A stretch of DNA of 64,000 nt from a virus. The position numbers and the translations under genes are program-made. The DNA lies in IMG/VR virus record IMGVR_UViG_3300035661_000053, positions 8,278-72,277 of that record; one strand, 5' to 3'. Under the pieces are notes generated by a model that did not search any database, was not told the DNA's origin, and saw nothing but the letters and a program-made list of their open reading frames with translations. This document shows, piece by piece, positions 17,906 to 26,471 of this stretch (position 1 is the first letter of the stretch; every line of letters starts with the position of its first letter).

Positions 17906-18661
17906 TTACTTTAAATCAAGTGTTTTGTGCATCTGAGTGGATAATCGAACATTTGGAAAATCTTCAAGAAACAACAATAATTTATTTATCAATGTTTTAT
18001 CTTTCTGAAAAACGTAGTAATCGGGTTGTATAAAGATTAGAGTATTCAATTTGAAGCCTTTACAAGTTGCAAAAATATTTCGCAAATCCCTTAAATCAGC
18101 ATCAGTACCAACAACGAATTTCAATTGCACATTAAAAGTCATATCAGGAGATAACCAAAATTCTACAACCTCCTTCGCGCGAGCAAGAGATGCATCTATT
18201 TTAGCCGAACCTTTTGTAGCTGAAGAAAGCTTTGGTGATACAGAAAAGAAAACATTATCATTAAGCATATCGAATAAAACTTTCCTGTCCGGGAAGGGAT
18301 ACCCGGAGGTCTCAACAGAAATATAATCATAGCCATTCTTATGAAGCTTGCCAATCAGCCAATGTACTGATTCTGCTTGTTCCATAGGTTCACCCCCAGT
18401 TATGCAAATCCAAGCGTTCTTATTCCAGCCCTCAACTATTCTTTTGTAAACATCAGCACAGAGCACTTTGAATTTTTTATTTTGTCTCCAAGAATTTTTA
18501 GTGTCACACCAAGCACAACCAACAGTGCAACCATTCGTTCTGACAAACCTTGTCAAGAAACCACTTAAGAGACCTTCACCTTGTATAGAATCAAAAATTT
18601 CTTGCACATACAGCGAAGCAATATTGCTATTAATCCCACTACGTCTCCTTTTCACGATCAT
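17906..18661 (-). CDS. queE: 7-carboxy-7-deazaguanine synthase (radical SAM)
   Basis: EIFDSIQGEG, FVRTNGCTVGCAWCDT (CxxxCxxC), ITGGEP, ETSG, SPK, STQMHK. Confidence 0.95.
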   Translation of the reverse strand: MIVKRRRSGINSNIASLYVQEIFDSIQGEGLLSGFLTRFVRTNGCTVGCAWCDTKNSWRQNKKFKVLCADVYKRIVEGWNKNAWICITGGEPMEQAESVHWLIGKLHKNGYDYISVETSGYPFPDRKVLFDMLNDNVFFSVSPKLSSATKGSAKIDASLARAKEVVEFWLSPDMTFNVQLKFVVGTDADLRDLRNIFATCKGFKLNTLIFIQPDYYVFQKDKTLINKLLLFLEDFPNVRLSTQMHKTLDLK

Positions 18662-18676
18662 CCTGGTATCTACATT

Positions 18677-19234
18677 TTATTGAAAAAATTGTTTGTTACT
18701 TTGTAAAAGATTAAGAGCCTCCGCCTTATCAATGTCACCAAGCATACAAGATGTTGTCGTGACACTCCCGATACTTTTAACACCCCGTATTGTCATGCAA
18801 AGATGCTCCGCTGAACACACCACGAAAATACCTTTTGGCTGAAGGCGTTTCATTATGTCTTCTGCTATATCCGCGGTAAGGTTCTCTTGCACCTGTGGTT
18901 TAGCAGAGTGGTATCCTATTATTCTCGCGATTTTGGAAAGACCTACAATGGTGCGATTACTGCAATGATATACAACACCAACCTTGCCAAAAAAGGGCAA
19001 CAAATGATGCGCGCAATAAGAAGTGAAATTTATATTCGATACTGCCACATACCCATCCTTACCCTCGAACGTGGTTATCTTGGGTGGGTTCTTATACAGC
19101 CCGGAGAAAAGCTCCAGGTACATTTTAGCAACCCTTTTTGGTGTGTCTTTCGTGTGCCCGTCAACAGGTAATTGAAGCCAAGCAAGCAGATCACCAATTA
19201 TTTTCTCCCCTTCAGCTATATTTGGCTTTTTCAT
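18677..19234 (-). CDS. folE: GTP cyclohydrolase I
   Basis: DTPKRVAKMY, SYCAHHLLPFFG, GLSKIAR, QVQENLT, AEHLCMTIRGV. Confidence 0.95.
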   Translation of the reverse strand: MKKPNIAEGEKIIGDLLAWLQLPVDGHTKDTPKRVAKMYLELFSGLYKNPPKITTFEGKDGYVAVSNINFTSYCAHHLLPFFGKVGVVYHCSNRTIVGLSKIARIIGYHSAKPQVQENLTADIAEDIMKRLQPKGIFVVCSAEHLCMTIRGVKSIGSVTTTSCMLGDIDKAEALNLLQSNKQFFQ

Positions 19235-19236
19235 TT

Positions 19237-19494
19237 TTAATCCAAGAAGCTGAAGCTTGCTTTGTTATGGTCATTAATAATAAAAGTATGATCTTTTGAA
19301 ATTCTCGACGGTATACGGCTATTGAAGAACTTGAAAGTGTTTGTAGCCTTATCATAACTTATGAGTTTACTGTTATGTAAATTATAGAAATTATAAGTGC
19401 CACCTACCTTCATTTCCCGTCCATGAATAGAAGCCGTTGTTTGGAAGCTTTCCTTTTGCTTTCCTGATGAGCGATTCGCCCTTGAGCCACCCAT
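19237..19494 (-). CDS. 85-aa protein with MGGSR N-terminal tail
   Basis: Start MGGSRANRSSGKQ at 19494, 1 nt after the DUF4417-like stop, with an AAGGA Shine-Dalgarno (ORF track start 19563 overlaps the upstream gene). Confidence 0.7.
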   Translation of the reverse strand: MGGSRANRSSGKQKESFQTTASIHGREMKVGGTYNFYNLHNSKLISYDKATNTFKFFNSRIPSRISKDHTFIINDHNKASFSFLD

Positions 19495-19495
19495 G

Positions 19496-20581
19496 TTATT
19501 TGATTCCTTTCTTTGCCAATTCTTTTCTAAAATTAGCGGCGTTTTCCATAAAGATGTCATCACTCAAATAAAATTGATCTGTCGAGTATCTACTTTCCTT
19601 CACGCCCCAGATCAAACGGCGGGAGGATATAACAGGTATATAAGAGTTCATGTACAAGGCGTTCTTGTCAATCGCGTGATACTGCACGATACGACTAACT
19701 GTAGAGGCACCAACGACAATTATCTTAACACTGGGGTTCAGCAAAGACCTGATCAGCTTGAATTGTTTCACCGCGTAATCATGGTAAACTTCTTGACGTG
19801 CCATTTGAATTGGAAAATAGACATGGGAAAAACCCGTCTTGTTAATCCAATTCGCGAAAGCTTTTGCATCACTCTCCCAAAGATACAAAAAACAAGGTAT
19901 TGTTGGGAAACCATTATCAACCAAATCCTTGATAAACTTATAACTAAGGAGCCTATTCTGAACAGTTGAGCAAGCAGGTTGATTAAAGAAAAAGCTTACC
20001 GTGGGAGACATAACATATTCAAATCCCTTCTCCCTAAAAGGCTTTGTCCAATCCCTTTGCAAGTACGCGTAAGTAGGGCTTGCAATGTTCATACCCTCGT
20101 TATTATAGACACCAAGATACTGCTCATTACTTTGAAAGACTTCTTTGCCGAATAACCAACTAAGCAAAGATTTATCATCATCTGACATGAGCAACCCTAA
20201 AGAGCATTGACGTGACTTTGCAAGATTCGTCAATCGTTTCTCCATACCCATTGAAAGCTTTGACAAAGGAAAGGTGAGTACTTTTTCGTGCGCGTCAATT
20301 TTCTGGTGGGTCACGAAAGATACCTTTGGAAAGTCCACGGGTATTTCTGCAAGCTTGCCTAACCGGGGTGCACGATACTTTTCAATGTCAGGGAACATGG
20401 TTGCTATCGCGTAAGGGTTATCAGGAAAGAATTGTTTCGCATCCGCATGCTCGAAAGGTGCTTTAACAACAACTGTTTTTTCACAGTGCTTCTTATAATT
20501 GCAAGTAGAGCAATAAAAGTTCTCATCCTCAAGAGAAAAGTATTTTTCAGGAGAAATGATCATTTTTCTATCTTTAGCCAT
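19496..20581 (-). CDS. DUF4417-like protein with N-terminal Cys cluster
   Basis: YVMSPTVSFFFNQP...QNRLLSY...NGFPTIP resembles the DUF4417 PDFS...P...N...G..VIP pattern; CSTCNYKKHC at the N-terminus; followed by an MGG- gene as is typical. Confidence 0.6.
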   Translation of the reverse strand: MAKDRKMIISPEKYFSLEDENFYCSTCNYKKHCEKTVVVKAPFEHADAKQFFPDNPYAIATMFPDIEKYRAPRLGKLAEIPVDFPKVSFVTHQKIDAHEKVLTFPLSKLSMGMEKRLTNLAKSRQCSLGLLMSDDDKSLLSWLFGKEVFQSNEQYLGVYNNEGMNIASPTYAYLQRDWTKPFREKGFEYVMSPTVSFFFNQPACSTVQNRLLSYKFIKDLVDNGFPTIPCFLYLWESDAKAFANWINKTGFSHVYFPIQMARQEVYHDYAVKQFKLIRSLLNPSVKIIVVGASTVSRIVQYHAIDKNALYMNSYIPVISSRRLIWGVKESRYSTDQFYLSDDIFMENAANFRKELAKKGIK

Positions 20582-20595
20582 AAAAGTTCCTTAGA

Positions 20596-21033
20596 TTATT
20601 CTTCATAACGTGCGCTACTCGTGGGAGTCTCGCACCATTCTACAAATTTTACTTTCGCAAAGCCATTGAATTTTTCTTTCAAAATTTGAAAACATAGCTT
20701 AGCAAGATTCTCCGCAGTGGGTGTTTCCTCAACACGCAAGATATTCTGAAAGACACCCGCGTGAGATAAAAGCATATTCAATCTTTCATCATCCTTGCAC
20801 AAAATTAATTTATGATCAAATGTTTCCTCGATACTCTCCTTCAGGAAAGCTTTCACGGTGCCATAATCAAGAACCATACCCTCCATAGCTGTGCCTTTCA
20901 TAATAGGTGAGGGTGTGCCTTCCAGGGCTATCGTGATACGAGCAGTATGACCATGTATACCCCTGCATCTACCATTATGCAGATGCAGAGCATGGCCATA
21001 GTCAACGGTTATCGTTTTCGTTATCGTTGTCAT
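20596..21033 (-). CDS. queD: 6-carboxy-tetrahydropterin synthase
   Basis: GH...CRGIHGH, LDYG, FDH, PTAENLA, ETPTS. Confidence 0.95.
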   Translation of the reverse strand: MTTITKTITVDYGHALHLHNGRCRGIHGHTARITIALEGTPSPIMKGTAMEGMVLDYGTVKAFLKESIEETFDHKLILCKDDERLNMLLSHAGVFQNILRVEETPTAENLAKLCFQILKEKFNGFAKVKFVEWCETPTSSARYEE

Positions 21034-21310
21034 TCGTAGGTTCTTTGTTTATTCGTTTAATAATTGACACTAATTGCGCGTTTACTTCTTTTGGCCCCGG
21101 GGTTATTTTACCAAACCATTCTATCCTGCCATAAAGTAAAAACAACTCAAGCATTTTATCGTCATCCAAAGTAAGCAGAGACAAAGACTCGTCATCCATC
21201 ATGCCTATGACACCTGTCATAATATCATCATTGTCCATTTTGGCAATAGCATGATCGCCTACTTTTAAGTATTTTCGAAAATACCGTTCATCCATTAGGA
21301 TAGCCTGCAA
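21002..21310 (-). CDS. Hypothetical protein (small beta-barrel-like)
   Basis: Co-oriented ORF filling the gap between spoVS and queD. Confidence 0.5.
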   Translation of the reverse strand: MQAILMDERYFRKYLKVGDHAIAKMDNDDIMTGVIGMMDDESLSLLTLDDDKMLELFLLYGRIEWFGKITPGPKEVNAQLVSIIKRINKEPTNDNDNENDNR

Positions 21311-21579
21311 GTGAAGATAATTGCTGTCCTTATGTCCCCTGAGATAGATACCTCCGTGAAACCGATTCGGGTGTTTATCGTTTTAGCCTTTTGACCGCAT
21401 AAACCACCTGCTATAGCGATAGCTTTAACCGTTTGGTTTATTGACTGAAGACCTATTGCTGTTAGTGTTATGCACTTGAAGTTGTTGAATTCTGAAAAAA
21501 TTGCTATAGCCAACTCTTTCGCGTTCGTGCTTCCCGCGACGCGCATTTCTTTTATTACTTCTTCTTTAACGTCTGACAT
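21295..21579 (-). CDS. spoVS: SpoVS-family (Alba-like) protein
   Basis: MRVAGSTNAKELAIAI...AIGLQSINQTVKAIAIAGG...GFTEVSISGDIRTAI aligns by eye with SpoVS (AIGAGALNQAVKAVAIARG...AFTDIQIDGEERTAI). Confidence 0.85.
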   Translation of the reverse strand: MSDVKEEVIKEMRVAGSTNAKELAIAIFSEFNNFKCITLTAIGLQSINQTVKAIAIAGGLCGQKAKTINTRIGFTEVSISGDIRTAIIFTCRLS

Positions 21580-21624
21580 GTGATACTTTCAATTTTTGTT
21601 TCTCAAATATACAACAGATTTTCA

Positions 21625-22128
21625 TTATAGCTCTTTTATTCCCAATCTAACAGTCAATATTCTGCTTGCCAATTTGTAAGCCCTGTCGCAAGACTCGAAT
21701 ATAGATTTCAGCATGATATACCGGCCATTGGCTTTATTGTAGACTTCTTCTGCCTGCCTGTACTTATCGCTCGCCCTCACGGCATCCTTTCGCTCGTTCA
21801 GCGTCCCATCCTTCGTACCCATGAGAACAGAGGTTGTATGAGCAAGTTGTGAGTCAGCCACACCCCTGATAATTTCCATTTGCGCAAGTAAGCTACCATA
21901 AAAATTCTGGTAACCAATAAAAATTGTCATGCATTTCTCAAGATACTGCAAGTCCCTTTGATACATGGTAGCAACGTGGTTCAAAAAATACGCGATCTCA
22001 ATAGTAGGCTTAGAAATGAAATCAAGCTGATTCATCGCGGAAACAACCTCCTCTTGCTTGTGTAAGTCCTCGTAGGATCGAACAACTACAATAGGTTTTG
22101 GTATTTGTGACACACCTTGTACTTTCAT
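21625..22128 (-). CDS. UvsY-like recombination mediator
   Basis: Helical 167 aa ending LASRILTVR, next to an exonuclease in a RecA/SSB block. Confidence 0.45.
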   Translation of the reverse strand: MKVQGVSQIPKPIVVVRSYEDLHKQEEVVSAMNQLDFISKPTIEIAYFLNHVATMYQRDLQYLEKCMTIFIGYQNFYGSLLAQMEIIRGVADSQLAHTTSVLMGTKDGTLNERKDAVRASDKYRQAEEVYNKANGRYIMLKSIFESCDRAYKLASRILTVRLGIKEL

Positions 22129-22934
22129 ACAGTTCCTTTCGTAATTTTTTTAATAGCATCCAATGTTTTGCACTTCATACAGTGAATAGCATAGGGGCAG
22201 TCCAGGTACATACCTTCCCCCGCGAGGCATTCCTGAAGAATTTTCACGTACGTTTTCCCGTTTATAAAATCTGTCGCCGTCTTTGCCAGAGCCAACATAG
22301 CATTCACGATTTTCATATCCGGCTTATCAAAAAAGAACTCCTTCATCGACTGATCATTCTTGTTAAAGAAAAGGATACAACCACGAACCTTTAGTGCGTA
22401 CATGTATAAATTTATTTGCCCAATATATTTAGGGCTTATATCCGCAATAGTATTCGTACTGCGGAATTTCTCCGTTCGCTGTGTCTTGTAGTCAATAACA
22501 TACAAGTTACCATCCTGCAAGCGGATAACCTGATCCGCCGTACCACCAATATTGTAATCTTTCAAGGACTCAATAGGAACATCACATTTAGCAGTACTAT
22601 CATAATTACGCATATAGCTTTCTTGAATTAACGCGTGAATAACATGACCAACATCAAAGATAAGCTCCAGTTTAGAGTCCTTCCGACTTTCCTTTTTCAA
22701 ATCCATGTGTCGCAATTTCCCACGTTCATCAGCCAAGCCGAATCCCATTTTTCTGGGACAGTCCCCATACATGCTAGAAGGATGAAAACCTTTAAAGGAA
22801 CCCCGGTTAATACTAAAAGAAAAAGGTTGTATCTTATCTCGATTTTCGAGATACGTGTAGATTAATCTGATCATTGACACGTTTGATGATCTCGCTGATT
22901 TTGGATTCGTTGTTAGAAGGTCTGATAATGCCAT
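22125..22934 (-). CDS. Cas4-like PD-(D/E)XK exonuclease
   Basis: HPSS...CPRK, GHVIH, GTAD...IDYKT, QINLY, C-terminal C...CPYAIHC. Confidence 0.8.
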   Translation of the reverse strand: MALSDLLTTNPKSARSSNVSMIRLIYTYLENRDKIQPFSFSINRGSFKGFHPSSMYGDCPRKMGFGLADERGKLRHMDLKKESRKDSKLELIFDVGHVIHALIQESYMRNYDSTAKCDVPIESLKDYNIGGTADQVIRLQDGNLYVIDYKTQRTEKFRSTNTIADISPKYIGQINLYMYALKVRGCILFFNKNDQSMKEFFFDKPDMKIVNAMLALAKTATDFINGKTYVKILQECLAGEGMYLDCPYAIHCMKCKTLDAIKKITKGTV

Positions 22935-23127
22935 CTTTTGTTATCTCTGTTATTGTTAAAACTTTTTTTGGTTTATTCTTTTCGCTGATTAAAGCGCGTA
23001 GAATAGCGTCCACTATTAGGTCCAATTCTTGAAAGGAATATTTCTGCAAACGAAGTACTAATACCTGCTCAACCCTCAGGGACACCATGTACTTTACTTG
23101 TAGGTATATCGCGTCTGATCGTCCCAT
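22834..23127 (-). CDS. Hypothetical protein
   Basis: Starts 3 nt after the ligase stop; long 3' overlap with the next gene lowers confidence. Confidence 0.4.
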   Translation of the reverse strand: MGRSDAIYLQVKYMVSLRVEQVLVLRLQKYSFQELDLIVDAILRALISEKNKPKKVLTITEITKDGIIRPSNNESKISEIIKRVNDQINLHVSRKSR

Positions 23128-23130
23128 ATG

Positions 23131-24237
23131 TTACCCTTCTTTTATTTGCCGTAGAGTGCAACGCTTTAGTAATTTGTCATCCCGAAACCCAACACTATTA
23201 TCAATTCGGGGGTGGAAAAGTTTCTCACCTGTCCAGTGCTTGTACTTTACTGTTATTATTCGCCCCAAGTACGCGTTAGGGTGGTTAGTCATGTCGAGTC
23301 TGCGGTCGTTATCTATGCCCGCCACATTACCAACGCTAATAATTTGCTCCTGCTTTATTAGACGCTTTACTTCACTAGGTGTTATATAAGTTCTGTTATC
23401 AAGAACCCTTGCTGCCTCCTTAGTTAACACGCCTATTTGAATAGCACCCACCTGTCCAGTATACTTGTTCTTCCCGGGTGTGAATCCTGTGATAATAACA
23501 TCAATGTTTCTTTGCTTCAAGACCTTTAGTGAAAGCCGGCTATTCAAATCCTTCACGACAAAGCCCTCGTACTTGAATTTAGGAGAATCCACAATCTCCT
23601 GAAGAGCAGCAAAGTAATCACCAGTAATACTTTTTGATTTACCAAATGCGTTTAGCACCGACGCGACAGGTTGTGAGCTAACTATTGCAAGCGTACCCTT
23701 AATGCTTTTCAATTTATCACCAAAGAAGCCTGCTATGGGTAGTGGGCTATTCTGAAGATTGTCATTCAAAAGACCCAGATGATTCTCAACATCACCATAA
23801 GTCCTGGACATGAAGGATTTACCCTCGAAATAAAGAATATCGTGCACGACAAGTTTAAGACCATGACCATAGGGAAATTTTTCAGCAAGAGTCTTTGCGC
23901 TACTGTTCATGATGCCCGCAACGAAGCCACAGATGACACCTTGCTCCTTGCCTAAGTGTTCCGCAACAGCCTCGGCAACAAGTATGGTCTCTTTCGTGCA
24001 GGGTATAGTTTCTTTTTTTAAGGTGGGAAAGCAGGATAGCTTCTCGTTTAAACCAGTAGTTTTTTTAGATTCACGTTTACTCGTAAGCCCGTATACTCTT
24101 TCATTTTCAACGTGAACATGGTAAAGAGCCCCGTTGTACTTCAAATTTACAACAAGATCATCTATCGCGTATTTTGTGTAGTCCGGGGTGAGACCACCCA
24201 CGCCACCAAAAATTATTTGTCGTATTTTACGCGCCAT
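23131..24237 (-). CDS. ATP-dependent DNA ligase
   Basis: Motif I LKYNG, VHDIL, motif IV EGFVVK, motif V LKV, OB domain ending LFHPR...FRDDK. Start MARKIR at 24237. Confidence 0.85.
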   Translation of the reverse strand: MARKIRQIIFGGVGGLTPDYTKYAIDDLVVNLKYNGALYHVHVENERVYGLTSKRESKKTTGLNEKLSCFPTLKKETIPCTKETILVAEAVAEHLGKEQGVICGFVAGIMNSSAKTLAEKFPYGHGLKLVVHDILYFEGKSFMSRTYGDVENHLGLLNDNLQNSPLPIAGFFGDKLKSIKGTLAIVSSQPVASVLNAFGKSKSITGDYFAALQEIVDSPKFKYEGFVVKDLNSRLSLKVLKQRNIDVIITGFTPGKNKYTGQVGAIQIGVLTKEAARVLDNRTYITPSEVKRLIKQEQIISVGNVAGIDNDRRLDMTNHPNAYLGRIITVKYKHWTGEKLFHPRIDNSVGFRDDKLLKRCTLRQIKEG

Positions 24238-24312
24238 GAAAATTTCTCCGAATTTGTTTGTAGTGAATTTTAGTACCTCAAATATAAGAATATTGAGGCA
24301 AATAATCAAAAG

Positions 24313-24591
24313 TTATACCTTGAAATCAAAGACCATTTGTAGGTTATCCCGGATACCCTGCAAAGCTGTTCTTGTTGCAACCAGAGTAGCGAGTTGAAAC
24401 CTCAATTCTGCCGCCTTTGATTCATTCCCCTCATTCTGAGACAAAGCCACCAGTTTGCTTTCTGCCATAGAAAGATTGTCCACGATATTCACAGCAAGAA
24501 GGCTGTCAAATTGCTTAACGTGATACTTTACAACTTTATCAGTCATTTTACTTTCATCTATTGCAAAAAATTTGACCATTTCTTGCATCAT
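24313..24591 (-). CDS. Hypothetical protein
   Basis: Co-oriented helical ORF. Confidence 0.5.
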   Translation of the reverse strand: MMQEMVKFFAIDESKMTDKVVKYHVKQFDSLLAVNIVDNLSMAESKLVALSQNEGNESKAAELRFQLATLVATRTALQGIRDNLQMVFDFKV

Positions 24592-24648
24592 TTGTTAAAA
24601 AATAAAAGGGAAGAAGAAATTCTCCTTCCCTTCATCAAGGTATGGGTA

Positions 24649-24801
24649 TTACGTGGAGAGTTTCGCGATTGCTTTCGCGTTTCTTTCAAGAGCTTTTGTT
24701 ACCATCTTGATAGACTTTTCGAGCCTTTTCTTTTCAGCGTTAAGCTCTTTGAGTTTCGCTTTTGTTTCCGCGGGTGTTAGTTTTTTAGGCATATTTGCCA
24801 T
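24649..24801 (-). CDS. 50-aa basic coiled-coil protein
   Basis: Not in track: MANMPKKLTPAETKAKLKELNAEKKRLEKSIKMVTKALERNAKAIAKLST, followed by a terminator-like hairpin at 24606-24632. Confidence 0.55.
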   Translation of the reverse strand: MANMPKKLTPAETKAKLKELNAEKKRLEKSIKMVTKALERNAKAIAKLST

Positions 24802-24843
24802 CCTTTCTGTTTGTATGATTATAGAACTCCTGCTACATGCAGT

Positions 24844-25038
24844 TTATAAACCTTCATCCTTCTTGTAGCCGTGGCATGATGACTTGATATACTTCCCATA
24901 TTGCATATCATGTTTTTTTGTCCAAACACCAGGGCGTATTTTGAGATCACAATTTATTTTTGGTTTATTAATACCCTTAAAAGTCTTATTTGCCAACACC
25001 AAAACATACTCACAATCCAAGCAATCAATATTTGCCAT
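24844..25038 (-). CDS. Small Cys-containing hypothetical protein
   Basis: CLDC...C...C pattern, TAATG overlap with the upstream gene. Confidence 0.5.
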   Translation of the reverse strand: MANIDCLDCEYVLVLANKTFKGINKPKINCDLKIRPGVWTKKHDMQYGKYIKSSCHGYKKDEGL

Positions 25039-25697
25039 TAAAAGAGTCTCCCATGCTTATTTGGTCTTGTTTGATTGTACCAATGCTTAATCTCAAAGAC
25101 CTTCGTTATAGGGAAATAACCCTCCATGTTTGTGCTTATGTTATCGATAAGTTTACAAAAGCCATTTATTTGTGCAATTGCTGAAGTCCTTGAAATAGGG
25201 ACTATATTAAGATCAATAAGCTGCCGGGTTATTGACAGCATGAAGGAACTTAAATCAGCAACAGTAAACTTTAAGTAATTCCTGCTGAAAGGTACTTGCT
25301 TTTCCATCAGGATGCCAAGTTTGCGTATGTTATCAATGGCTTGCTCCTCAATGCCGAATTTATCGAGCAGATAACCAAGAAGACCGAGCAACCTCACTTG
25401 TATATCAACAATTTCTTCTTCAACAGTTCCCTTAACATGCATAGTGTAACCACGTACGCAGTATTCTTCCGGGGTGGCACCTAATTCATGCTCATCGTCA
25501 AGAAAATTCTTAAGACGTTCCAAGTCCAAATAAGAGCCACGCCGCATTGCCTCAACAACCTCACCAACCTCAGTGAGAACGAGGCATAGATGAAGATCAG
25601 GAATCATATCCTCCGGAGCTAAGAAGCCCTTTTCCCGCAAACCTGCATAAACCATTTTCGTGGCTTGATAAATATTTAGTGTATTAGGCTTGTCCAT
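25038..25697 (-). CDS. MazG-like NTP pyrophosphohydrolase
   Basis: TEVGEVVEA and EEEIVDIQVR acidic motifs; C-terminal KHWYNQTRPNKHG. Confidence 0.75.
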   Translation of the reverse strand: MDKPNTLNIYQATKMVYAGLREKGFLAPEDMIPDLHLCLVLTEVGEVVEAMRRGSYLDLERLKNFLDDEHELGATPEEYCVRGYTMHVKGTVEEEIVDIQVRLLGLLGYLLDKFGIEEQAIDNIRKLGILMEKQVPFSRNYLKFTVADLSSFMLSITRQLIDLNIVPISRTSAIAQINGFCKLIDNISTNMEGYFPITKVFEIKHWYNQTRPNKHGRLF

Positions 25698-26148
25698 TTA
25701 CCCGTTCTTTCCGGGCTTGCCGCCGCATTTTTCTTTCGTTGAGGTATCGTTCGTCTTTTACAAGTTTAATTGGTGAATAGAGAGACTTAAGATACTGTTC
25801 TTCTTTCTTGTACTCCAAGACAATTCTATCACTTCTCCTGTTATCAATTTCGGAAAGAATCAAGCGTGGCTGCTGTAGAAAGTACCTTATACACGCGCGC
25901 AGTTCCCGGTAAATACGAAAAATCAAAAGTTCATCATTGCCATAACGCCCAATCGCGTACCCATCACGAGATCGCTTATATCGATCTAAGATAGAAGCTT
26001 TATACTGTCTGCCAATGACGACCTTAGCAGTCCCTTCCCGGACGCTATCGCTGTACTGTTTGAATATCTCATCTAAAGGCTGAACGCCTACTGTTTCTAT
26101 AGCTTTTGTTTGCATTGAAAAGAACCTTATATTGTTTGAAGTGACCAC
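25684..26148 (-). CDS. Hypothetical protein
   Basis: Co-oriented ORF in operon. Confidence 0.5.
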   Translation of the reverse strand: MVTSNNIRFFSMQTKAIETVGVQPLDEIFKQYSDSVREGTAKVVIGRQYKASILDRYKRSRDGYAIGRYGNDELLIFRIYRELRACIRYFLQQPRLILSEIDNRRSDRIVLEYKKEEQYLKSLYSPIKLVKDERYLNERKMRRQARKERVNGQA

Positions 26149-26471
26149 ATCTTGTGAATTAAACCTTTTGCATGAGGAAAGTTTAAGAGTAGTATAGGAA
26201 TCTTACCAACACGTATAGCATCCTGCTCTAACTTAACAAGCATATCAACGGTTATAGTTATTGAATTCGTGGTGAGAGCAGATTTAATATCCATAACCTG
26301 ATCGCCTTTTATCATATCGCCTTTAAGGAAAGGAGTTGAACCTGAATTAGGTGTCTGTTTCGCGCCTAGCTTTTTTGCAATAATTTTCTCTTGCTTATTT
26401 GCCTGCTTTTTAATGCTATCCCTATCGGATAGACTGAAGAGTTTTTTTTCTTTTTTTGGTGTGGGTATCAT
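26127..26471 (-). CDS. PD-(D/E)XK Holliday-junction-resolvase-like nuclease
   Basis: QEKIIAK...PNSGS...KGD...DIK; ATGA overlap with the recA stop. Confidence 0.65.
   Translation of the reverse strand: MIPTPKKEKKLFSLSDRDSIKKQANKQEKIIAKKLGAKQTPNSGSTPFLKGDMIKGDQVMDIKSALTTNSITITVDMLVKLEQDAIRVGKIPILLLNFPHAKGLIHKMWSLQTI

Noticed and set aside
15096-21033. que genes as an auxiliary tRNA-queuosine pathway
   Set aside because: No QueF, QueA, QueG or tRNA genes seen; the transglycosylase is of the phage DpdA-like type, so DNA or protein targets fit better.
22125-22934. Cas4-like gene as evidence of a CRISPR-Cas system
   Set aside because: No repeat-spacer array or other cas gene seen; solo Cas4-like exonucleases are common in phage recombination modules.
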